A stretch of DNA of 21,504 nt. Source: Ginkgo biloba. Lineage: Eukaryota > Plantae > Ginkgophyta. Below are positions 1-10,250 of the stretch, in pieces. Both the position numbers and the translations under genes were made by a program. The stretch lies in the NCBI GenBank assembly GCA_024626585.2, contig JANKJI020000002.1:244271087-244292590 (forward strand). Reading direction: 5' to 3'. The notes beneath the pieces are model-generated. The model made no database searches and was not told the origin of the DNA. It saw nothing but the letters and a program-made list of their open reading frames with translations. The number at the start of each line of letters is the position of its first letter. Within the stretch, counting starts at the first letter, position 1.

Positions 1-434
1 GTCCTCCTCTACTTGGATAAATGGTTCTCTCCTAATCTTCATAGAGTGACCATATCCTCCTATTATTTCACTTTCTCTCTTGTATAATACCACCAAGAAA
101 CTCCAAAAGATAACTTTTTAGAATTTAAACTAAGGCATAACTATATTTTAGTATTTTTCCAACCCAAATGGATGAATCTTCATCTAATTTTTTATGGAAA
201 TATGAAGAGACACTCCATATCACTAAAGTCTAAATTTTAACTAAAACATATGTCATTTGACCAAGTTATAAGAAAAATATTATTTTATTTATTTTTCTTT
301 TTTGAGGGGATAAATGAACAATTTTTGAGTTGAATTATGGTGTAGATGTGTGATTTGAAACTAAACGATGAAGTTATGGCCTTTTGAATTTTTTCTATAA
401 TTTCCATTTTTTCAACTCCCTAGGTTTCCTTTCC

Positions 435-699
435 TCCCTTGTTGAATAAGGGAGAACTTTCTCATCTAGGACAAAGGAGCAAATTTTCTTTTCTCCCTGA
501 AAATGTTTCCTTCCTAGATGTTTTTCCCTCCCTTATTGAGTAAGGGATCACTTTTTGACCGAGGACAAAGAAGTGACTCTTTTCCTCCCTAGATTCCTTT
601 TTCTNNNNNNNNNNNNNNNNNNNNAATTTTTGACCAAGGACAATGGAGTGAATTTCTTTCCTCCCTTGGTCACTTTTTTCTCCCTTATAGAGTAAGGGA
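435..699. repeat. Three copies of a 19-bp interrupted palindrome TCCCTTRNNGARTAAGGGA within degenerate tandem units; probably part of an LTR or TE
   Basis: 435-453 tcccttgttgaataaggga, 529-547 tcccttattgagtaaggga, 681-699 tcccttatagagtaaggga. The motif tttttgaccRaggacaa is also repeated, and the block is flanked by inverted aagttatggcc / ggccataactt. Confidence 0.7.
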
Positions 700-1238
700 A
701 CCATAGTCCATAATAATAGATAGATAGTAATTTGGCCATAACTTTTCAACCATAGCTCTTATTTTTGCATTCTTATGTTCATTTTAAATCTAACTCCAAG
801 GAATATGAATTTTATTTATTGATCATGGATTAAATATGTACTTATTTTTCTATATTATCCCCAAAAGGTCATTATTCTNNNNNNNNNNNNNNNNNNNNNN
901 NNNNNNNNNNNNNNNNNNNNCTAAAAATGGGTCAAACCTACATTTTTTGGGGGTTTTGGTTCCCTCAGAAACTTATTAAATTCTAAAGTATATGAAAAAA
1001 ATTATCCTCCATATCCTCAATTACATACAATTTACACTTTTTTGGATTCTGACCCTTCACACTAACTTGTAGGAACTCTTCCTTTTCTTTTCTAGTGTTT
1101 CAAAGTTTCCTTCAAAAAATAATATCTTTCTCCNNNNNNNNNNNNNNNNNNNNNNNNNNNNNNNNNNNNNNNNNNNNNNNNNNNNNNNNNNNNNNNNNNN
1201 NNNNNNNNNNNNNNNNNNNNNNNNNNNNNNNNNACTCT

Positions 1239-2001
1239 TGATGGAGACTGACATGGTTGGATTAAAGACTAAGGCCAAGTGATATTAGAGGGATATCAGT
1301 GGAGGTCAACATGAACCAAAAGTGTAAATAGTCGAGTCAATATAAAATTAAGAAAAATAAAAGAATTAAAATAAAAGGACCAAATTAAATATTTAGCGAG
1401 AAAAATGCCATGTCAGAGATGAGTGTCAGGGAAAATTCACCAACTAGAATTTAAATGTCACATAAGGATAGAATGGGCACTATGAGGAAGATTTTTGTAT
1501 AGGGGAATAGAATTTAAATATTGTAGCTATTGAGAGATAGAGAGGAAGGCGTAGGTATGGGAAGTATAACATGGAAAGCTATGAATGGTGGAGATAAGAA
1601 TAAGAGTAGAGAAATATACTATGAGTCCAAATTAGAGAGCACACTGAGCGATAAAAGCACCAATGGTGAGGTAGTCATGTGCATGAATCAGGAAGAGAAG
1701 TGGATTTTGAGTAACCCAAACTATTATGGTTGAATCCCTCCTGTGTAGGGTGTATCTTGTTGTAAAATTATACCATAGGGAAGATCCAACCTTTATAATT
1801 TATATTTTCCTATTTCATTTGTAAGTTTTTTAATTAATAGAAGGGATAAAACCAAGAATTTAAATTCTAGTATTGATCATTGTGTGGTTGTTGAATTCCA
1901 TTTGATCCCATTTCCTTTTCGTATGCTTTGGGGCTTAGTCTTAGCCCACGAGGTTTAAAATTTCCCTTATAGCTAACTATCTTCATCGATGGCCTACATC
2001 A
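1239..2001 (+). repeat. Putative 5' LTR of CRM-like element 1
   Basis: Begins tgatgga (1239) and ends tacatca (2001), a 6/7 inverted match of the TGAT..ATCA type typical of CRM LTRs. The end lies 2 nt before a PBS. The left boundary is less certain because no second LTR is available. Confidence 0.6.
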
Positions 2002-2003
2002 TC

Positions 2004-2015
2004 TAGTATCAAAGT
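2004..2015 (+). promoter_or_regulatory. Degenerate tRNA-iMet primer binding site
   Basis: tagtatcaaagt versus consensus TGGTATCAGAGC (3 transitions). Directly follows CATCA+2 nt and lies about 55 nt upstream of the gag ATG. Confidence 0.75.
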
Positions 2016-2070
2016 GAAGGAATGACTCGATAGTGAAGTGCAATACCATTGCGTGGAGAAGGTAAGAGAA

Positions 2071-2727
2071 ATGGCATTTAGGATTAGAGGTGGTAGACTA
2101 GTGAGGCTGGAAAATAGAGATTTGGAGGAATTTTTAAGGTGAGTTGAGGGTTTTAAAGACGAGGCATGAAGAAAGAGGAAAAAATTAAATTCTAAATCAA
2201 AACCTAAGGTAGAAGTGCAATAATTGGTGCAGGGACTAGTGGAGTGAGATGAGTTATTAATAAAAATGTTCAAGAACTAGACAAGTGGCACAAAAATAGA
2301 GGTTCTAGACTTTAGAGGTAGTTTGAAGCTAGAATACTTGATGGATTGGATTGGAGCCTTAGAAAAGTACTTCTATTGGGAAGATCTCAAAGAACCAAAA
2401 AGGGTAAGGTTTATATGTACCAGGTTTAAAGGATATGCAAAAATTTGATGGGAACTCCTGTAGAAGGAGTGAAAAAAATAAGGCAAAGAGAAGATTAGAA
2501 CATAGACCAATATGCTAACAAAAATTAAGAAGAATCTCTTACTAAAGGACAATGAGAAAAGGTTGTATAGAGAATTTTAGAACCTTAGAAAGAAGGATAA
2601 AAGTACATACTAATGAGTATTATAAATTATCCATAAGGTGTATCCATCAGAAAAATGAGAAGTAGTTGGCTTCTAGGTGGTAGCAAGATCACTTGACCAC
2701 TTTTCCTTTATATTTTGGAAATGCATT
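2071..2727 (+). pseudogene. gag: CRM-type gag remnant
   Basis: Starts MAFRIRGGR at 2071. In frame from 2281 it reads TKIEVLDFRGSLKLEYLMDWIGALEKYFYWEDLKEPKRVRFICTRFKGYAKI*WE, matching the retrotransposon gag pattern KxExPxFxG...DW...EKYF...KLKGxAxxWW. Contains premature stops. Confidence 0.85.
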
Positions 2728-3441
2728 NNNNNNNNNNNNNNNNNNNNNNNNNNNNNNNNNNNNNNNNNNNNNNNNNNNNNNNNNNNNNNNNNNNNNNNNN
2801 NNNNNNNNNNNNNNNNNNNNNNNNNNNNNNNNNAAATGGTGAGGAACATCAAGAACATAGAGTTGGAGAAGAAACTCCAGTGGTACATGAAACACCATCA
2901 TGTAATGTAATATTCCAGCAAGACCAATATGTGAGACATCAATTCATCATAACTGAGGATGATAAGCATTCACGTTGACAAGAGGAAAGGGATATGGTGG
3001 AAGGCTTAATGCCCTAAGGAGGTCGATGATTTATTTTTGATGCAGGGAAGAANNNNNNNNNNNNNNNNNNNNNNNNNNNNNNNNNNNNNNNNNNNNNNNN
3101 NNNNNNNNNNNNNNNNNNNNNNNNNGAGACAAAACTTCAACATTAAAAAAGGAATCCACAGTTTTGTTGATTGGTCGACCAGATTGGGCATTGATGTATT
3201 GGATCCAAGATTCAAGAAAGGTTCACCAACATGTGAGAAGATTCAATGGACAAGATCTCATTGCGAGATACCAAGGAGATACCAATAGATTGGCAAACCT
3301 TAGAAGATGTTAGAGAAGCAATGCCGACAGGAAGAGAAGCATGAAGTGATGTGAGAAAAGCAGTGACTAATAGGGGATTTGACCCAAATTGGATAGATGT
3401 TAGGTAGATCTATAGAGGATGTAGGGGAGATCTACAATCTA

Positions 3442-3790
3442 GAACAAAGGAGAATACTGTTTACGACAAACTATAAGTTGGGTGAGAGAAAGTGCAAAGT
3501 GATAATAGATAGTGGCAGCTACAAAATATGGTAGCCTTAGAGATGGTGCAGAAGTTGGGACTACCATGCCAATGATATCAATACCTATGTAAGATTTTAT
3601 GGTTCAATAAGGGAGGAGAAATAAAAGTAATTAAGAGGTGTCTAGTCATATTCTAGATTGGGAATTGTCACGGCCAAGTGTGGTACGATGTTGTCCTAAT
3701 GGATGCATGCCATATACTTCTAGGAAGACTGTGGTAGTTTGATAGGAGAGAAATACATGATGGGAGAAAGAACACTTACACCATCACCAA
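3442..3790 (+). pseudogene. Retrotransposon aspartic protease remnant
   Basis: EQRRILFTTNYKLGERKCKVIIDSGS (catalytic DSG at 3508-3516), then a frameshift, then ...VWYDVVLMDACHILLGRLW*FDRREIHDGRKNTY, which resembles the CRM signature CDVVPMDACHILLGRPWQFDR. Confidence 0.9.
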
Positions 3791-4009
3791 AAACATCAAA
3801 ATATTTGAATTGATCCCCTTGAGAGAAGAAGGGCCATAATAGTCCATTTTGTCCACTAAATAGTTCATGAGACATGTTCAGATGACTAGTGTTTTCTATC
3901 CATTGGTAACCAATAAGATGGAGTATGAATTACAGGGATAGATTCTAGGTGAAGTAAGGATACTCTTGGAAGGATACAAGGATTTCACTCAAGAGGAATA
4001 ATTGAGAGA

Positions 4010-4962
4010 TTATTGCCTAATAGGGGTATAACTTATTATATTGACTTGATTTTGAGTTTAATTCTATCAAATCAAGCTACTGACAAATTGAGTCCACAGG
4101 AGAATGAAGAGATGAAAAGACAATTTTAAGGGTTAATAGAGAAAGCGTTTATTCAGGAGAGTCTAATCCCATGTGTAGTACCTGCATTACTAACCCCAAA
4201 TAAGGATGGAACATGGAAGATGTGTGTTGATTCATGAAAAATCAACAAATTTACCATAAAATATTGGTTTCTAATGCCTAGGATGGATGGTATAATGGAT
4301 GCACTTGCAAGATCTTGATATTTTTTAAAAGTAGACTTAAGGATTGAGTATTACTATATTGGAATTTGTGAAGGGAATGATTGGAAAATAACCTTCAAGA
4401 TGAGGGATGGACTTTATGAATGGAGAGTAATATCCTTTGGGTTAACAAATGCACCCATTACATTCATGAGGATAATGAACACAGTCTTAAATCCATTCCT
4501 TGATAAGTGTGTTATTATTTATTTAGATGATATTTTGGTGTATAGAAGGTCTAGATCAAAGCATTTGAGTCAAGTGTTTGATGTGATCCAAAAGGATAAC
4601 TTGTATATAAACTTCAAGAAATATAATTTCTTCTAGAGGAGTCTGGTGTACATCATAATGTGGTGTCCCAAGAATGTTTAAAGATGGATTCAAAGAAGGT
4701 GAGAATGATTTTAGAGTGGATAGTGCCAAAGAATGTAACTAAGATAATAAGATTTTATGATTTGGCCAATTTCTATTATAAGTTCATTCAAAATTTTAGT
4801 AGTATAGTAGTTCCCTTAAAAGATTGCATGAAGGGAAATACTTTTTAGTGGACTAATGCATCCCAAAGGAGTTTCAAGTTGTTGAAGAAGAAGATAACAA
4901 AAGAACCATTTTTATCATTACCATATTTCAACAAGGTGTTTGAGGTGGAATATGATGCCTTG
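4010..4962 (+). pseudogene. pol: Reverse transcriptase and start of RNase H (pol remnant)
   Basis: [32 protein letters not shown]...DWKITFKMRDGLYEWRVISFGLTNAPITFMRIMN...YLDDILVY, then LSLPYFNKVFEVEYDA (start of RNase H, consensus EVECDAS). Several stops. Confidence 0.95.
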
Positions 4963-5062
4963 NNNNNNNNNNNNNNNNNNNNNNNNNNNNNNNNNNNNNN
5001 NNNNNNNNNNNNNNNNNNNNNNNNNNNNNNNNNNNNNNNNNNNNNNNNNNNNNNNNNNNNNN

Positions 5063-6214
5063 GAAAGTTCACTTCCAGTTGTTAGTCTCTTTTTTTACAT
5101 CAACTGCATCCTTCCATCGATTAAGATCTCCATTTTTTCCACTATTACATGCTTGGTCTTCACCTCTTCATCATGGACCAAATTTAATATTATCTCTTCT
5201 CGCCCCAATTTGTCGTTGTTTCTTCATGGACACTCGAATACTCATTGACCTTATATACCACATCTAAAATAAATTGTCAGTCTTCTAGGTTCATTGTTCA
5301 CGCTTTAAGAAATTTTTCCTCTTTGGCGAATATATCCTCCTCAGCTTCCTATGTGTTGAACTGTGACCCATCCTCTTATTCTTGGAGGCATGTCACACCC
5401 ATGCCTTTTAACTTTCTCATTCTTATATATTCCTTCACCATACCATATTCTAGAGTCTCCTCTCCATTTTAAGACTAAGGATTATGTTCCTCTAGTGAGT
5501 GGTATCTTCTTCATATTTTTTGTCAGTTTCTCTTCTTCCTTTAATGTTATTCGATAAGCTTCCTCTAAGGTCTTCATATGATGCATGGCATTATCATCTT
5601 GGATTAGAAAACTTGATCCATTCACATTCCTTACCATCACCTATTCTTAACTTTCTTCATGTCCTCTATGGATGGACAATTTATAGAATTCATCAGTATA
5701 TAAGGGTATAGTCTTGTATCTCTATCTTAGATTCTCAAATTCTTAAAGCAATCTCTGATCATAATCTATAGGTAGGAATTTTACCTTGAGTTTAGAGATC
5801 ATATTCTTCCACATACAAACTTTTTATTTATCTTTCTCCATCCTCTCTTTCTATAGATGCTCCCACCAAAGAGTTGCATTTCCCTTCAATCTGGCACATG
5901 CAAACTTAACTCTTTTGGGATCTTCTACCTCTTCCTAATAAAAATACTTCTTTAATGCTCCTATCTAATCTAGCATATACATTGTCTTCAAGATCCATCC
6001 AAATTTCATAACTTCCATTCTTACTCCACCTTGGTTGTTTCTTAATAACCTCACTATCAAGTTCTCTAGGTCTTAAGCTTGTCATTCTGGTTCCTCTCCC
6101 TAAACTTTTAACTTGTCATCTCTATAGCACATTATCTAACTCTTCAACTCATATCATGAGAGATTCAACTGCATGATTAACATTTCTACCTCCTCATACC
6201 ACTCTTAGTGCCAT
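5063..6214 (-). pseudogene. gag: CRM-type gag remnant (element 2)
   Basis: The reverse complement reads MALRVV*GGR from 6214, then RMEVMKFG...LD*IGALKKYFY*EEVEDPKRVKFACARLKGNATLWWEHL*KER (about 6030-5840). A degenerate zinc-knuckle-like segment (VTC...GH) lies near 5400-5360. Confidence 0.85.
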
Positions 6215-6449
6215 TCTTAGTCCTTTATCACTATCAACATGTTATTCAAGATTTTACTATTTTTTGTCTTCAACCATGGATCTTGATGCCATATGGTGTA
6301 TCATATGATACTAGAATCAATACTCCTACCAATGAACTCTTTATTTCTTAGACACCATATGATGATACTAGATGGTAATGTATGATGAACAATCTAGCTC
6401 TAATACTAGCTAATGGTATCATACTATTTTTATCAATGATCTTTCTCTA

Positions 6450-6461
6450 GCTTTGATACTA
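6450..6461 (-). promoter_or_regulatory. tRNA-iMet PBS of element 2
   Basis: + strand gctttgatacta versus gctctgatacca (reverse complement of the consensus; 2 transitions), followed by ga + tgatgca (LTR end TGCATCA on the minus strand). Confidence 0.8.
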
Positions 6462-8164
6462 GATGATGCAATTGATCAGCTACTCTATCCCTATTCAGTG
6501 ACACTACGTATATTTATCAAAGGGATGGTCACTNNNNNNNNNNNNNNNNNNNNNNNNNNNNNNNNNNNNNNNNNNNNNNNNNNNNNNNNNNNNNNNNNNN
6601 NNNNNNNNNNNNNNNNNNNNNNNNNNNNNNNNNATGGATTAATATAAAATACCCCTTTGTATGCAATTATATACAATTTTTAAAATATTTAATAAAAAAA
6701 CCCCTTGTATAATGCACATGGTTTGTACAAATGTCTTTAATGACCCCCTGGGAGTCATGCTGATGTAGTCAAATGGTGGGTGTGACACTTATTGATGATA
6801 AGCTCACACTCCCATTGTTCATTGATGATAAACACATATAATTCAACACTGTCTGGATTAAAATTTGACAACTATCATTGGCTACCTCTAAGATCTCATC
6901 AATCCTTTTCAATGATCTTCATAGGGTGTATGTTGTCTGTCATTGACATCGGCATAGAGATTGTTCACCCAACACTATCAATGAAATCCTTTTCTTGAGC
7001 ATCACCACCCCTACATTGAGCTTGGTCAGTGACTATGTGACATTGTTGGTGAGACTCTAACCAACATTGACCCTTGTTATAATCGAGTCTCTATCTTATT
7101 ATCGACTATAGAGGTATGACAAGATCAACACCATAAAATATATAATAACATAGTGTTCACAAACACGAGAAGGGATGCAAATAACTTAATTCATTTACTT
7201 CATTAGTAACTTAATACAATATAACATGGCCCACCATCCTATCAAAATTTCTATATACAATAGTCCCATAGGGTTTACTCATAATATATGAATTTATTCT
7301 TCAACATCATTTCTTAACCTTATCATATCAGTCTCTTAAGTCTAAAACTGATACCTTACAATTCAAATGAATTTTGAAGTGGCGTTGCCTCTCTGTTGGT
7401 GATTGTACATATTTTGTCTAACTTTATATCTTCTATCCTTGACTACCATAATTGATGCTTCAACCAACTTCCAATATTCTCTTTTCTTCCTATTGAGGTG
7501 CTACCTCTTATTTTGATGTTTCACACTACAGGCCTTGCCTTCTAGGTCCTCTCGATCTAGTTATTCTTCCTCTTTCCTCAGGATGCCTCAATTGGTGATC
7601 TACCCAAGTTTATCTTTCACTGTCTTTCTTTTAAAACTGCCTCCTTCTCGATGATATGTTCCTTCTCCTCTTCTATGTGTATTTTAAATTATTTAGGTGC
7701 CAATAGTCCTAGTTGGTGTGATCCATTAAGGATCTCTAATGGCTCTAGCCATTATGACTAGCTGGTGGTTGTTGTGGTAAATACCAACTACCCACAACAT
7801 CCATATTATACTTTATGAATTTTTTCCCTTTGGCCTCCTAATGCCTTAGTTTTCATAGGGGTGTAGGGAGGCCACATTTATTGCTTAGTAATTTATGGAT
7901 CATTCCTACCTAGGGTATTTTTAAACTTTCTTCCTTTTATAAGGTGAGGTCTTCCAATTCTTGCATGATCATTGTAGGTATGTACACATATAGGGATGCT
8001 AGATTCATCTAATGCCTTTGAGTTGGTGTATATCTCTAACATGATTTATCATCCTCCACTTCTCCCCAAGATTCTATGCTTGTAATCACCTTGCTCAAGT
8101 GGTTTAACACTCCATATATCTGACACATCATATTTTACCATCTTCTCAAGTCTGCATGACATCA

Positions 8165-8394
8165 AGTGACAATGTCACTGATAAACATAATATCATCGAC
8201 AAAAATAAAATATAATGTCACTGACAAATCACAATGATAACATTAATTACAAGATACAAATATGATTTATCTAACAAAATACAACATTGTCTCTGACACA
8301 TGAAGATAGTGTCATCAATAAAAATAATGACCTCTTACATCCATCAGTTCAACACTAAGCCTTTGCTAAAATTGTTAAAATTGCGTCTCCAACA
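8165..8394 (-). repeat. Cluster of TGTCA-N-TGACA-like palindromic motifs next to a possible LTR terminus
   Basis: tgtcactgata 8173, tatcatcgaca 8191, tgtcactgaca 8216, tgtctctgaca 8288, tgtcatcaata 8310. ctccaaca ending at 8394 reads TGTTGGAG on the minus strand, a common copia LTR start. Confidence 0.5.
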
Positions 8395-8519
8395 ATAATG
8401 TTGNNNNNNNNNNNNNNNNNNNNNNNNNNNNNNNNNNNNNNNNNNNNNNNNNNNNNNNNNNNNNNNNNNNNNNNNNNNNNNNNNNNNNNNNNNNNNNNNN
8501 NNNATAAAGGAATTTAATA

Positions 8520-8927
8520 CTCATTTGTAATTGTAATTACAACTTTAAAATATTTGTGGAGCATTTATTTATTTTTAACTTTTGGAATTAGGTTAATTCC
8601 TTGTGACCTTTTCGACTCTAGTGAGCCCCTACGACCTTTTATAGCGATCATGATTATGAAATTTTGACTTTAATACCTCTTTTAGTAATCCTTTAGGATT
8701 TTAATACTCAAATTAACATAATACCATGAGTTATGATATCATCTACATAGATTGTATATCCTAGAGGAATAAATCCATGCCTTAGAAGTTAAAAGATGAG
8801 AATATGACCGTTATAAATATCATAATTGATTCATAGGATTCCAAAGGTCCATACATAGACTCACGAGAGTTAAAATAAGTAAATGGTCAAAAAAATATTT
8901 AAATTTATAATTATGATTACAAATGAG
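8520..8927. mobile_element. Foldback/MITE-like element with long (about 150 bp) degenerate inverted arms
   Basis: Left arm ctcatttgtaattgtaattacaactttaaaatattt...; reverse complement of the right arm ctcatttgtaatcataattataaatttaaatattt.... Similarity continues inward (gacctttt...ttttatagcgatcatg versus gaccttt...tttataacggtcata). Confidence 0.7.
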
Positions 8928-9443
8928 AATTTAGTGATAAAGAATTTTAAGTGGCTAATATTTTCTAATTAGTTAAAGTTCACTAGTTATAAATTAAAAT
9001 AGACCTATAGATTTTTTAATAAATCTATACTTAAATATTAAATTAACTATATTAACTGTTAAATATTATAAAAATATCGTTAAATGATTAGTATTTCCAC
9101 TTTACATATATCATAAATTTATTGATATGTTCTTATTCACCTCAATAATTAGAATTCATAAGTGGAATGAGTTTTACTTTATCATGAACTGAGAGAGATA
9201 TAGATTATAATTATTGACATTGTCTTTTCATTGAGTATAAGTTGAGAAAATATAAGTTGTAAACACTTATATATTATTTTATTAATGAACATAATTATAA
9301 ATGATACACTATTAGATCAATCTGAAAATATTATAAAATCTATATAATATCTTTTTTATGGTATGACTAAAGACTAACAAATGTTAGTTTTCTAAATTCA
9401 ATTATTTTAGTTAGTAGTGAAAAGAATATTAATAATAAACTAT

Positions 9444-10250
9444 TGACGCAGCCACCCAGTACCAACCTCTCTTTCTATATTAGATGATGCAGCATGAGTC
9501 TTAGGAAACCCAAGAACTCCCTCAAATTCCTCTAAATTAATGTCATGTTCTCTTTTAACATAACTTCCTAATGACAATTGCACAAATACAAAATACATAC
9601 AAATATACATATGAAGGAGATAAGAACCAATGCTTTACATTAAGAATCCAAATATTTCTTCATATTAAAACTATTCCACCATCCTACAAAGGGTTACATA
9701 CATCTCACCCCATTGATGGGGTTTTAGTTACAACATTATACAACTCATCTCCTTCACAGAGAAACTACAATCATACTCAACTCACTCCCTTGACCCCTGT
9801 ATACACATTTCACTTGTGTGCACCAATGGTTCTTCTCCTTACTTCACCTCCCTAAGATACCTTATGTTCATCATATATTCTCATCNNNNNNNNNNNNNNN
9901 NNNNNNNNNNNNNNNNNNNNNNNNNNNNNNNNNNNNNNNNNNNNNNNNNNNNNNNNNNNNNNNNNNNNNNNNNNNNNNNNNNNNNCCTTTATTTAGCCAA
10001 ACCTTAGATCTGCTCAATAATTCCCCAATGATATCCTTAACTCTTCTTCTATAAAAACTCCTTCAATGAGCCCCTTTGCTCTATAACACTTCTTAATGAT
10101 CTTTCTCTATCTCTGATACCACTGAATGCAACCACATAGTACTAATATCTCTTTCAATATTAGATGGCATAGCCTAAGTCACAGGCACCCTGAGCACTCC
10201 CTCAAATTCCTATAAATGGACATCCCATTCACTTTTAACACAATCACCCA
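9444..10250 (-). mobile_element. LTR - short internal - PBS - LTR unit (TRIM-like or gap-collapsed CRM relative)
   Basis: Direct repeat 9444-~9570 versus 10123-10250 (about 70% by eye; shared actccctcaaattcct, tctctttc.atattagatg). PBS tctctgatacca at 10110-10121 (11/12 match) sits 1 nt from the second repeat. Includes a 100-N gap. Confidence 0.7.
10110..10121 (-). promoter_or_regulatory. tRNA-iMet PBS
   Basis: The minus strand reads TGGTATCAGAGA next to the LTR terminus (tgaatgca at 10123). Confidence 0.85.

Larger units (their letters stand above)
1239..4962 (+). mobile_element. Decayed Ty3/gypsy LTR retrotransposon, chromovirus CRM-like lineage; 5' part (LTR-PBS-gag-PR-RT-RH start), cut off by an assembly gap
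   Basis: Domain order is LTR, PBS, gag, PR, RT, RH. CRM-type motifs are readable by manual translation. Termini TGATG...CATCA. Many stops and frameshifts. No integrase or 3' LTR is visible before the gap at 4963. Confidence 0.9.
5063..7004 (-). mobile_element. Second decayed CRM-like Ty3/gypsy element (LTR, PBS, gag), opposite orientation
   Basis: Minus-strand gag homologous to element 1, PBS at 6450-6461 and LTR terminus at 6464. The far LTR end at 7004 (agcatca) is tentative. Confidence 0.75.

Noticed and set aside
1983-2273. 96-aa minus-strand ORF
   Set aside because: It is antisense to the PBS and gag start of element 1.
5079-5711. Several short + strand ORFs
   Set aside because: They are antisense frames of the minus-strand gag remnant.
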